Shown: positions 10,101-18,084 of the stretch, piece by piece
Layout of the letters: every line of letters begins with the position of its first letter
How positions within the stretch are numbered: the first letter of the stretch is position 1
Source of the DNA: Planctopirus limnophila DSM 3776
GTDB taxonomy: Bacteria > Planctomycetota > Planctomycetia > Planctomycetales > Planctomycetaceae
Reading direction: 5' to 3'
NCBI RefSeq assembly: GCF_000092105.1
Contig: NC_014148.1
Location: forward strand, 4,260,001 to 4,292,000
Length of the DNA stretch: 32,000 nucleotides
Notes under the pieces: generated by a model
Databases searched by the model: none
Told to the model about the DNA's origin: nothing
What the model saw: the letters and a program-made list of their open reading frames with translations, nothing else
Program-made: the position numbers and the translations under genes

Positions 10101-10843
10101 TGAGTGAGAGCTGAGGCTTCGCCTTCGGCGGGGGCCTGCTCCTGCTGTTTGGTCAGCTCTTCGAGTCGAGCCTGAGCCGTCGTAATCAGCGTGGGGATTT
10201 CTTTCAGACGATTCGATCGTCGCGCAGCTTCTCCGTTGAGATCCGCCAGTCTTTTCGTCAGGCCGGTTTCAGGATGCTCGATACGCGCTTTCAGAGTGGC
10301 GATATCACTGGTGAGAGCTTCGAGATCGGCATTGGCAGCCGCCGGTGGTAACGTGATTTCCTTGGGGAGTTTTACCAGTTTGGCTTGAGTCTCTTTGAGC
10401 AACCCTTCGGCTGTCCCCACGAGCCGGTCAAACTCTTTCTGGCGAACCTGCCTGGCTTCGGCCTGTTTCCAGGAATCCATGGCCTGCTGATAGAAATCAG
10501 CAATCGACTTTTTGGTGGCAGCATCCAGATCCGTGAGATCAGCGGCTTGTCTCGAAAGACGTTCGATCACCGCCGGTGTGAGCGGTTCATCAGCAGCAGC
10601 TGTTAAAAGTGGGGCTGCACTGGGAGGTGTGGAAGCGTTGGTCGATCCCGCAGGTGGTGGAGTTTCTGTGGCAGGTCTTGTGCCCTCCTGCCCGGTGAGC
10701 ACACCCTGGTTCCATAAAAGGAGCACAGTCATCGCCATGATCCGCACGGCGGATGTGCGAGTCGTTTCAAACATGTGAGGGATTACTTCAGGCTGACCAT
10801 CCTTGAGCATTTCGAACCTTCCGTGACTCATCCACGAGTCCAT
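7103..10843 (-). CDS. Mechanosensitive channel, MscK/KefA-like (MscS family) with long coiled-coil N-terminal region
   Basis: 1246 aa. The C-terminal MscS core reads LQEIFANFVSGIIILLERPIREGDVVTVGDVSGTVSKIRFRATTITDWDRKELLVPNKEFITSRVLNWT. It is preceded by multiple hydrophobic helices and a roughly 500-aa Q/E/A/L/R-rich coiled-coil segment after a signal-like N-terminus. The start is ambiguous: Met1 at 10843, or Met24 at 10774, which gives MFETTRTSAVRIMAMTVLLLW. Confidence 0.85.
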   Translation of the reverse strand: MDSWMSHGRFEMLKDGQPEVIPHMFETTRTSAVRIMAMTVLLLWNQGVLTGQEGTRPATETPPPAGSTNASTPPSAAPLLTAAADEPLTPAVIERLSRQAADLTDLDAATKKSIADFYQQAMDSWKQAEARQVRQKEFDRLVGTAEGLLKETQAKLVKLPKEITLPPAAANADLEALTSDIATLKARIEHPETGLTKRLADLNGEAARRSNRLKEIPTLITTAQARLEELTKQQEQAPAEGEASALTQARRIAIYAQRMAILREIGALRQEQSWYELPASSALAREQRDLAARELSLSQQEVEQLQTILARRRQQDAEMRVKQAQREAALAHPILKPLAEVNEKLAQQDQQLAQKTQRAVRDLAEIRQQTQRLKDDFRRVQEMVNTVGLTESIGLLLRKKRSSLPDLGAISERLTADADVFRELQLKLFEIDDELTTLRSPELVLGQVLASLKLTSNDVPKEILEAQAEILLKQKRDLLTTLDRSYTTAFENQVALDAARRELVEQVQQFRSYIDERVLWIRTSGPISLETFHDARAAVKWLFSVEDWQQASQVLMKDLWQSFPLYLLAALGLFPLLLLRRRMGVEIRLLGEQSILPSCRTLTPTMRALTWTILLAIGWPAFVGFMAWRLADSASSSLTTEEIARCLKVSAIFLLTLELLRMITLKKGLASHHFGWSESFVRRLYRGMTTLAVCGTPLVFAITFLSVHQQSDTTDEKYLDALGRPLFLLLLAMISGVSWATMFRQVPGTHLLTGEPVESPLIQRVQTLAKYLAVVIPLLLGVLVAMGYFYTAGQLAIRLHWTFWLIVGLIILQAIVMRWITIERRKLALEQVKQMRQAAEESVRQVPGSLATNLQSLLFSSFKVDLAAIVNQVRSLLRTSLVIAGLCGVWFIWADIVPALGILDRLELWETTQTVAASAAAPSASSSAPDGAAGKPANNTSSSSVSGYRKVTARDLAVAILIFAAALIAGQNIPGLLEVALLRRLSSDRGLHLTVITLVRYLIFTLGVILAFGQIGVSWSNVQWLVAAASLGLGFGLQEIFANFVSGIIILLERPIREGDVVTVGDVSGTVSKIRFRATTITDWDRKELLVPNKEFITSRVLNWTLSDKVNRLTIKVGVAYGSDPFKVQEVLMKCVTSIPQVLQNPPPSVVFDEFGDNAMRFTIRFFLPDLENRLTVTHQLHIAIYRELAAAGIEISFPQMDLHVRSIPEDWKIAAANVAHEAHANPTREGQPRSSTPLDIADSDG

Positions 10844-11149
10844 ATCGACAAGCGTCAGCAGTTCACCCTGTGACCCTGTATTTTTGAAAGCATTACTGAT
10901 GCAAGTCGACCTGCTGAACAGAGCATCAGAATCTCAGCATGACTGACGCAACCATAAAGAGAGAGCGCCAGTTTTCTACAGTCCCGGTATCCCGGATGAT
11001 GCCCCCGGAGTCAACCTTAAGCCTGCTTCAACATTCCACAGCTTACGCAAACCACCTTGCTTACCGCTTCCTGACCAATCTTCGTAGGGTAGGCTCCCGC
11101 CTGCCGAACTCCCTCTCCATACACCTTTTATGAAATCAGATCGTTCGGC

Positions 11150-11188
11150 GTGCCATGCTTGCAGCTCTGGGCAAGCATGTTTTCGCCA
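11150..11188 (+). repeat. 39-nt intergenic motif, copy A (contains hairpin)
   Basis: GTGCCATGCTTGCAGCTCTGGGCAAGCATGTTTTCGCCA matches 26964-27002 at 34 of 39 positions by hand alignment without gaps. Confidence 0.8.
11154..11183 (+). terminator. Orphan terminator-like hairpin in divergent intergenic region
   Basis: A 9-bp perfect stem pairs CATGCTTGC (11154-11162) with GCAAGCATG (11171-11179), with an 8-nt loop, followed by TTTT (11180-11183). There is no convincing + strand gene upstream. It lies 145 nt before the lipoprotein start codon. Confidence 0.5.
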
Positions 11189-11327
11189 TCAAAAGCACTC
11201 AATTACTTTCTGAGAAACGCATCACAAGACGAAACTGCCGTTGCCGATTTTTCGTCAAATCAACTAAGGTTCGCACTGTAATCGATTCAGTATCCTGGCT
11301 GAATCGTCTCCCAAGGATGGGCGAATC

Positions 11328-12152
11328 GTGCACATTCTCAAGCGATGGACACTGCTCGGCTTCTGGTCAACACTCGTGGGGTGTCTGGCTCTGGGCGGCT
11401 GCGCTGTCGGTCGCCAGCAATCCGACCTGCTCTCGGCCAAGCTGCGGCAGACCAATTCGCAGATTCATCGACTGGAAACGGATCTCATCGCAGCTCGTGA
11501 CGAGTTAAGATCTGCCAACGATAAAATTGCCCGCATGAACTCAGCGGCCACTGAAGCTCAAATGGCCAAATCGACCAAAAACACCGCCCCGCCCCAGAAG
11601 CTCGAGTTTCACACACGTCTCACCGCCCTGCAGGATGACGATCAGACCGCGGGATCAGAGACGATTGTGGCGTTTGTCACTCCTCGCGATGCCAGCCTGC
11701 AACCAACCACCGTTGATGGTCAGCTCGAAGTGATTGCCCGTGATGTGAATACGAACGCTGTCGTCGCCCGCTGGTACGCCGAAGGCCCTCACCTGGCTCG
11801 ATACTGGTACAGCGGATTTCTGGGGAGTGGCTACCAGATCACTCTCCGTTCTCAGCAGGCAATCGATCCGCAATCGATCCTGATTGATGCCTCATACACC
11901 GATCATGCAGGCACCACGATCTCGGCGACTCATGCATTTTCTGAAGCGGCTGGTCTGGCCTCGACTCGTTCCCGTCGGGAAACACCAGCATCTTTCACCA
12001 ACTCCCAGCAGACACAGCGCCCCGATTATTCGGCTGGTGAGTTAGCTTTGCCCGAACTCCCCCAAGGGAACAACTCAGCCCTCGAACGCGCTGCAGAACT
12101 CGGTCCCACCTCTGTCAACTGGACAGACGAAACCATGCCCATCCGGCGGTAA
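11328..12152 (+). CDS. Hypothetical lipoprotein
   Basis: 274 aa with a GTG start and AAGGA 10 nt upstream. The signal peptide has a lipobox-like LALGGC (MHILKRWTLLGFWSTLVGCLALGGCAVG). A short coiled-coil segment follows, then a domain I cannot assign. Confidence 0.6.
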   Translation: MHILKRWTLLGFWSTLVGCLALGGCAVGRQQSDLLSAKLRQTNSQIHRLETDLIAARDELRSANDKIARMNSAATEAQMAKSTKNTAPPQKLEFHTRLTALQDDDQTAGSETIVAFVTPRDASLQPTTVDGQLEVIARDVNTNAVVARWYAEGPHLARYWYSGFLGSGYQITLRSQQAIDPQSILIDASYTDHAGTTISATHAFSEAAGLASTRSRRETPASFTNSQQTQRPDYSAGELALPELPQGNNSALERAAELGPTSVNWTDETMPIRR

Positions 12153-12191
12153 GCGCGTTCAAGCCATCGCTAAAGATTTTCTGAGTCAGAA

Positions 12192-13367
12192 TCACCCGGT
12201 AGGCGCCAGTGCCCGGTCGAGTTCTTGCTTTAGATCTTCAAAGTCTTCGAGACCCACCGAGAGGCGGAAGATCCCTGCGGTCACGCCGCAGGCTTCGCGA
12301 TCTTTGGCAGCCATGAACTTATGAGATGTTCCCGCCGGATAAGAGACAGTGGTGCGGGCATCAGCCAGCGTGGGTGAGAAGGGAATCGCAGGAGCCAGCT
12401 TGTGGAAGATCGCATCGATCTCGCTGACACCCCCTTCAATTTCGATAGAAATCATCCCACCAAAGCGATCTTGCAGATACTTTTGAGCGAGCTGATGTGT
12501 GGAGTGGCTGGTAAGGCCGGGATAGAAGACCTTTTTCACGCGGGGATGAGTGGCCAGCCAATGGGCCAACTGCTGGGCCGTTTGTGTTACCCGGGCCATG
12601 CGCAGTGGTAAAGTTCGCAGGCCTCGAGTCGCCAGCCAGCATTCCATCGGATTCGCATTCAGCCCGTAGAGCAGCATCGAGGTGCGGGCTTTGCGCATCG
12701 CTTCTTCGCCACCAACGATCACTCCCAGCATGACATCGCCATGCCCGTTGAGATACTTGGAAGCACTGTGCCAGACGATATCTGCCCCGTAATCTTTCGG
12801 GCGGATGCCACAGGGTGTGGCGAATGTGTTATCTACCAGCAACGTGATCGAGCTGCCTGCGATCTGCCGCAAAGCCTGCAGATCGGTCACTTCGAGCAGC
12901 GGGTTCGAGACCGATTCGCAGATCATCATCTTCGTGCTGGGTCGAATGGCCTTGCGCACCGATTCCAGATCATTGAGATCCACAAAGGTGACATTCACCT
13001 GAAAGCTGGCCTGCAGTTGCAGCAGGAATTGATGGGTACTGCCGTAAATCGCCCTTGCACAAACAATGTGATCGCCAGTTTTCACAACGCTGAGAACTGC
13101 TGCGGAAAGAGCCCCCATCCCCGAAGCACACGCCACGCCATGTTCAAAGCCTTCCAGCCGGGCGACATCATGCGTAAATGCCTCATGGTTGGGATTCTCA
13201 ACCCGCGTATAGAAGTAGCCAGGTTCCCGGCCTGCCAGCACCTCTTCAAACTCGGCCAGTCCCGGCAAATCAAACGCCGTGGTCATGTAGATCGCAGGAG
13301 CACTGGGAGGCGTCGAGAAGGGCGGTACATGTCCGCCACGAGTTGCCGTGGTGGCCGGGTGAGTCAT
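12192..13367 (-). CDS. Cys/Met-metabolism PLP-dependent enzyme (cystathionine gamma-synthase / gamma-lyase / O-acylhomoserine sulfhydrylase family)
   Basis: 391 aa. Family blocks are YTRVENPN and ASGMGALSAAVLSVVKTGDHIV. The PLP-lysine block is HSASKYLNGHGDVMLGVIV. The C-terminal block is FRLSVGLEDFEDLKQELDRAL. The exact reaction cannot be assigned from sequence by eye. Confidence 0.85.
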   Translation of the reverse strand: MTHPATTATRGGHVPPFSTPPSAPAIYMTTAFDLPGLAEFEEVLAGREPGYFYTRVENPNHEAFTHDVARLEGFEHGVACASGMGALSAAVLSVVKTGDHIVCARAIYGSTHQFLLQLQASFQVNVTFVDLNDLESVRKAIRPSTKMMICESVSNPLLEVTDLQALRQIAGSSITLLVDNTFATPCGIRPKDYGADIVWHSASKYLNGHGDVMLGVIVGGEEAMRKARTSMLLYGLNANPMECWLATRGLRTLPLRMARVTQTAQQLAHWLATHPRVKKVFYPGLTSHSTHQLAQKYLQDRFGGMISIEIEGGVSEIDAIFHKLAPAIPFSPTLADARTTVSYPAGTSHKFMAAKDREACGVTAGIFRLSVGLEDFEDLKQELDRALAPTG

Positions 13368-13605
13368 GAAACATCCTTAGAAGCAAACCTGCGATTTTCA
13401 GTCGATCCAACGAACTGCTCATCAATCATCAATTCATGGAGCGACATCAGAATTGAACAGCAGCCGAGTGCATGTTGCTTAAAATCAATAACTTTGATCT
13501 GGAGTGCAAGCGTGGGGAGCGAAGATTATTGCCATTCCTGATCGACAATTCGACAGCGTATGGCCATTGCAGCAGGAACATTCGATGATCGGCATATACT
13601 CAATT

Positions 13606-14832
13606 TCAAGGGGCTGCACCATTTCGTCGGGAAGAGGTCATTTCATCGAGATCGGGAAGATCTTCCTTGATCTCTTGTGACGAAATCTGTTCGAGCTGCT
13701 CAAAGACCGAAGGAAGATTCACTGGCGGGATCGACTCCAGGGCTTCTCTTGATGATTCATGGCGAGTCATCAGCACTTCGCGCTGGTACTTCATATCGCT
13801 GTAACTGATAGAACCGAGCATTGCCAGAACCGCCAGCAGCACCAGACCAATCACAGCCGCCAGATAGAAGAACGATGTCATATCCGTCGGTGGCACCGAT
13901 GTCGCACGCACCAGATCCAGCCGTTTGCCAATTAAAAGCGGTGTCACTCTCAAACCACCAGCGGCATCGTACCCTTCCCGCTTGAAAAAATAGCCCGCTA
14001 CTCGCACAGGAGTCATCTGTTGATCTCCCAGTTTCAAATCGGGATCGATCTGAGCCGTCACAACTCGCCAGGGAAAACTGCTGGAGTCGGCTGTAAAAAT
14101 CCAGGCTTCGTAGTATTCGACCACCCCATAGGAATTCTGCGAGGCCTGGATCTTGGAAAGTCGCCGTAAATCACCACGAATCTCGACCAGTTCACCGCGA
14201 TGCACTTTGGGATCAGCCATGAGATTATCCCAAGTCAGATCATGACGGGCAGCTTTCGTCAGATATTCCGCCGGGAGCAACCTCGCATGGGAAAGCAGAC
14301 GATAAAATGCATCCGCTTCGGAAATTCTCACACCCAGTGTGTTATCCACCACGTCGCGCAGAATGATCGGATCAATCGCCGTTTCGGCAAAAACATCCAC
14401 GGACGCCGGCGGACTTTGTTGATTGCCAGCGCCTGCGAGCATGTTCGGCGTGGTGGCACCATCAGCTGGCCCAGCACCACCAGACGTTGCCGTAGTACCA
14501 GACCTTACAGTATCTGTTGGAGAACCTAACGAGACATCGGGCAGCCCTTCCTCAGTGATCGAACTTCTAGGAGTCGAAGGTGCAGCGGTGGTGGCTTCCG
14601 GAAGAATCTTGACGACTTCGGGCGGTAACTGCTCGTTGCTTTCGAGCACCACACGCCGGTCTTCCGCGGTGGATTTGAGTGTCGCCGCAGGATCGGCAGA
14701 CTTGCGCGTGGCGGACCACATGATCTGGGAGACCACCAGGATCACCACGAGTACGCCAACCCAGCGGAAGAGTCTCGCCTGAAATCCTCGCTGCAGCCAG
14801 GTGACATCCTGAAATGAGCGTCCGAATCGCAT
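13606..14832 (-). CDS. Hypothetical two-TM membrane protein with unassigned central domain
   Basis: 408 aa. The N-terminal TM helix is WVGVLVVILVVSQIMW. A P/S/T/A/G-rich linker follows, then a roughly 200-aa domain with no motif I recognise. The second TM helix is FFYLAAVIGLVLLAVLAMLGSI, followed by an acidic cytoplasmic tail. Confidence 0.6.
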   Translation of the reverse strand: MRFGRSFQDVTWLQRGFQARLFRWVGVLVVILVVSQIMWSATRKSADPAATLKSTAEDRRVVLESNEQLPPEVVKILPEATTAAPSTPRSSITEEGLPDVSLGSPTDTVRSGTTATSGGAGPADGATTPNMLAGAGNQQSPPASVDVFAETAIDPIILRDVVDNTLGVRISEADAFYRLLSHARLLPAEYLTKAARHDLTWDNLMADPKVHRGELVEIRGDLRRLSKIQASQNSYGVVEYYEAWIFTADSSSFPWRVVTAQIDPDLKLGDQQMTPVRVAGYFFKREGYDAAGGLRVTPLLIGKRLDLVRATSVPPTDMTSFFYLAAVIGLVLLAVLAMLGSISYSDMKYQREVLMTRHESSREALESIPPVNLPSVFEQLEQISSQEIKEDLPDLDEMTSSRRNGAAP

Positions 14833-15295
14833 GATTACTTTCCTGTTCAGAAACCCACCGCCCGCGTCTTGTCGCTGCTCCTCGCGACCGAGTGAACAAC
14901 AAACATCTTTTCTACCAGATTTACCCTAATTCCGTAGCTCTCCAGTTCGTCGAATCGAGATTTGTCAGCCAATTCCAGCGCCCACCATCGGCACGCGCAC
15001 GACGACTTTTGTACTCGCTCCCGGTTCCACATCAGGCTATAACATGTAAACCACTGTGAATATGTTGATGTGGCTTCTCACATTCATCTTTAGAAGATTC
15101 GAGATCGATAGCATGACAGAAAAAGTGTTAGCCAACCCTCTTGGCACTCCCGCGGACGGTTCTTCATGGAAGACAAAAACTCTTCAATTCTGGGGGATTC
15201 TCTGCCAGTCTCTGCGATCTTCCCGCGAACCAGGTCAAAGCCCACCGGCGACCGATCTTCCCGCAGAATTGTGGGGCACAGGCTTACCATTCTCG

Positions 15296-17887
15296 ATGAG
15301 ACAAAATGCCCTCTGGCTGGCCGCCACCTGCCTCACTCTCTTGGCAGCTTCCACGAATTCCACTGCTTTCGCCATCGATGGAGCCACTCCTGTCGCCTCG
15401 CTCAAGGTGAAGCCCGGCTTCAAAGTCGAACTGCTCTATTCGGTTCCCAAAGAGCAATTGGGCTCGTGGGTCAGCATGTGTACTGATCCCAAAGGGCGGT
15501 TGATCGTCTGCGATCAGTACGGCGGGTTGTACCGTGTGACCGTCCCGCCGGTAGGAAGCTCGGAAGGTTCCAAAAGCAACGAAACATCCGCTACCGATAA
15601 GGTGCAAATCGAAAAGATCGATATTCCGCTGGGCGAAGCACAGGGGCTGCTCTGGGCGTTTGACAGCCTGTATGTCGTCGTGAACTCAGGGGGCAAATAC
15701 GAAAGTGGCTTCTACCGGGTGACCGACGCCAATCACGACGACAAGCTCGATACAGTTGAGAAGATTCGCACCTTCCCCAAAGCTGGTGAGCATGGCCCGC
15801 ATGCCGTGCTGCTCGCGCCGGATGGCAAATCGTTGACGGTTTTGATTGGCAATCAGGTGCCGGTTTTGCCTGAGCTGGCCAGTTCAAAAGTTCCTCGTCT
15901 GTGGGGTGAAGATCATCTGTTGCCCCGCATGCCGGATGGTCGCGGCTTCATGAAAGGTGTGATGGGCCCCGGCGGGAGCATCTATGAAGTTAGTCCCGAT
16001 GGAAAGACCTGGACATTGCAATCGACCGGTTATCGCAACCAGTACGATGCCGCTTACAACCAGGATGGGGAACTCTTCACTTATGATGCCGATATGGAAT
16101 GGGACTGGAACACCCCATGGTATCGCCCCACACGAGTTTGCCATGCCGTCAGTGGTGCCGAATTCGGATGGCGCAATGGTGCGGGAAAATGGCCAGCTTA
16201 CTATCCCGATAGCCTTGGCTCTGTCGTCAATATCGGCCCTGGTTCACCCACGGGTGTTTGCAGTGGCCAGGGAGCCAAGTTCCCGGCTGACTACCAGAAA
16301 GCACTCTTCATTTGCGACTGGAGCTATGGAAAGCTCTATGCAGTGCATCTCTCAACGAAGGGTGCCAGTTATGCAGGTAAGCTCGATGAACTGGTGGCTG
16401 GCTCACCACTCCCGCTGACCGATGTCCTCATCAATCCACATGACGGAGCCATGTACTTCACCATTGGCGGCCGCAAGACACAATCGGGGTTGTACCGCGT
16501 CACATATGTCGGCAAAGATTCAACGGCTCCCGTCACTGCCACCGTCCAGGATGATGCCCTGGCCCAGCGGCAACTTCGAAAAAGCCTCGAAGCGCTGCAT
16601 GGCAAAGTCGATGCAGAGACTGTGAAAACCGCCTGGCCTCATCTGGCCAGTGAAGACCGGGCCATCCGCTGGGCTGCACGAGTTGCGATTGAACATCAGC
16701 CACTGGAAAGCTGGCAGGAGCTGGCGCTCGCCGAGAATTCACCATCTTCTGCAATCCCAGCTCTTTTAGCTCTCACAAGGGCGGGCGGGATTGATCCATT
16801 CCATCGCAAAGAAAGCGATGCCCCCGTCAACAAGCCATTGGGCGAGCAGATCGCCGCCGCACTCGATCGAATCTCCTGGGATCGACTTTCGAACGAGCAG
16901 AAAGTTGATCTCTGCCGGGTGTATGAGATTCTTTTTAACAGGTATGGTTACCCCAGCGAGAATGTTCGAGAACAGGTCTTGAAGCGGCTTGAGCCAGCAT
17001 TTCCCTCGGGCTTTAAGCCTCTTGATGCCGAGTTGGCGAACCTGCTCGTCTATCTGCAGTCGCCACAGGCCGCCAACAAGATTGTGGCCGCTCTGGGGAC
17101 AGCCCGCACTCAGGAAGAACAGATCGAGTATGCCCGCGCTCTGCGTGTGCTGAAAGAGGGTTGGACGACACCATTGCGAGAGAGCTACTTCAAGTGGTTT
17201 GGCAAAGCGGCCGGGTATCGGGGTGGTGCCAGTTTCTCGAAGTTTGTCGAGAACATTCGGAAGGATGCCGAAGCCACATTGACCGATGCTGAGCGAACTC
17301 AATTGAAGCCGATTCTCGATGCCACACCGACAGAAGCTCCACCGGCTGTAGTTCCACCGCGGGCCTTCGTGAAGGAGTGGTCAGTGGCAGAGCTGGCACC
17401 ACTTGTCAGCGAAAAACTCACCGCACGCAGTTTTGACAAAGGTCGCGAGCTGTTTGCTGGCACCAGCTGCTTCGCCTGCCATCGTTTCGAGGGTGAGGGT
17501 GGTGCTTATGGCCCGGATCTGACAATGGCAGGAGGCCGGTTCAGTGCCAAAGATCTGCTGGAGTCCATCATCGAACCGAGCAAGGCCATCAGCGATCAGT
17601 ATGAAGCGGTCACAATTGTCCTCAACGACGGACGCTCCATCAGTGGTCGCATTGCGAATCACAATGGAGAGTCGTTCCAGGTGATGACCAATATGCTGGA
17701 GCCGAACAACCAGACGGGTGTCAAACGGGCAGATATTGAAGAGATTGTCCCGTCGAAAATCTCGATGATGCCGGCGGGTCTGATCAACACCTGTAATGTC
17801 GAAGAAGCTGCCGATCTGATTGCCTATATCCTCTCCAAGGGACAACGCGATCACGCGATGTTTGCTGGCAAACCCAGTGGAAACTGA
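15296..17887 (+). CDS. PVC-type heme-binding (CxxCH) putative membrane-bound dehydrogenase
   Basis: The ORF is open from 15056. Met at 15296 gives a clean signal peptide (MRQNALWLAATCLTLLAASTNSTAFA). The N-terminal part is propeller-like and the middle is HEAT-like and helical. The C-terminal c-type heme motif CFACH lies at 17468-17482 (GTSCFACHRFEGEGGAYGPDL), with a distal MMPAG. This architecture is typical of Planctomycetes/Verrucomicrobia 'membrane-bound dehydrogenase + heme-binding domain' proteins. Confidence 0.7.
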   Translation: MRQNALWLAATCLTLLAASTNSTAFAIDGATPVASLKVKPGFKVELLYSVPKEQLGSWVSMCTDPKGRLIVCDQYGGLYRVTVPPVGSSEGSKSNETSATDKVQIEKIDIPLGEAQGLLWAFDSLYVVVNSGGKYESGFYRVTDANHDDKLDTVEKIRTFPKAGEHGPHAVLLAPDGKSLTVLIGNQVPVLPELASSKVPRLWGEDHLLPRMPDGRGFMKGVMGPGGSIYEVSPDGKTWTLQSTGYRNQYDAAYNQDGELFTYDADMEWDWNTPWYRPTRVCHAVSGAEFGWRNGAGKWPAYYPDSLGSVVNIGPGSPTGVCSGQGAKFPADYQKALFICDWSYGKLYAVHLSTKGASYAGKLDELVAGSPLPLTDVLINPHDGAMYFTIGGRKTQSGLYRVTYVGKDSTAPVTATVQDDALAQRQLRKSLEALHGKVDAETVKTAWPHLASEDRAIRWAARVAIEHQPLESWQELALAENSPSSAIPALLALTRAGGIDPFHRKESDAPVNKPLGEQIAAALDRISWDRLSNEQKVDLCRVYEILFNRYGYPSENVREQVLKRLEPAFPSGFKPLDAELANLLVYLQSPQAANKIVAALGTARTQEEQIEYARALRVLKEGWTTPLRESYFKWFGKAAGYRGGASFSKFVENIRKDAEATLTDAERTQLKPILDATPTEAPPAVVPPRAFVKEWSVAELAPLVSEKLTARSFDKGRELFAGTSCFACHRFEGEGGAYGPDLTMAGGRFSAKDLLESIIEPSKAISDQYEAVTIVLNDGRSISGRIANHNGESFQVMTNMLEPNNQTGVKRADIEEIVPSKISMMPAGLINTCNVEEAADLIAYILSKGQRDHAMFAGKPSGN

Positions 17888-17903
17888 CGATTCTTCCCTT
17901 TTG

Positions 17904-17948
17904 CAGGCTCTGGAAGTAGCGATTCGCCTCCAGAGCCTGTTTTCTTTT
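17904..17948 (+). terminator. Intrinsic terminator of the heme-binding dehydrogenase gene
   Basis: An 11-bp perfect stem pairs CAGGCTCTGGA (17904-17914) with TCCAGAGCCTG (17929-17939), followed by TTTTCTTTT. It starts 17 nt after the stop codon. Confidence 0.75.
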
Positions 17949-18084
17949 ACCAGCCTGCAAACTCCAGAACTTGCCCTGAAAACGAGAAAAAAGGGCTTCT
18001 GGCCACTTGATCAACGCTGCCGGTTTGCAATTCGTCCGTTGCCCCCCCACAATCGAGAGAGAGCTGGATAACCAAGTCATAAAA

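Noticed and set aside
10939-11133. 64-aa ORF preceding the orphan terminator
   Set aside because: It has no ribosome-binding site. It is enriched in codons that the confident genes here avoid (ATA, AGA, AGG, TTA, GTA). The peptide has no hydrophobic core or motif. I treated the region as non-coding.
12741-13541. 266-aa ORF antisense to the PLP enzyme gene
   Set aside because: It is an in-phase shadow ORF (12741-12192 is a multiple of 3) with an unremarkable composition-driven sequence.
13368-13605. SAM-type riboswitch upstream of the Cys/Met PLP enzyme gene
   Set aside because: I read the minus strand and saw no SAM-I or SAM-II core-like sequence or convincing multi-stem structure. This cannot be excluded without a covariance-model scan.
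15056-15295. 80-aa N-terminal extension of the heme-binding dehydrogenase ORF
   Set aside because: Met at 15296 gives a canonical signal peptide ending in AFA. The extension is not signal-like. I kept it only as an alternative start.
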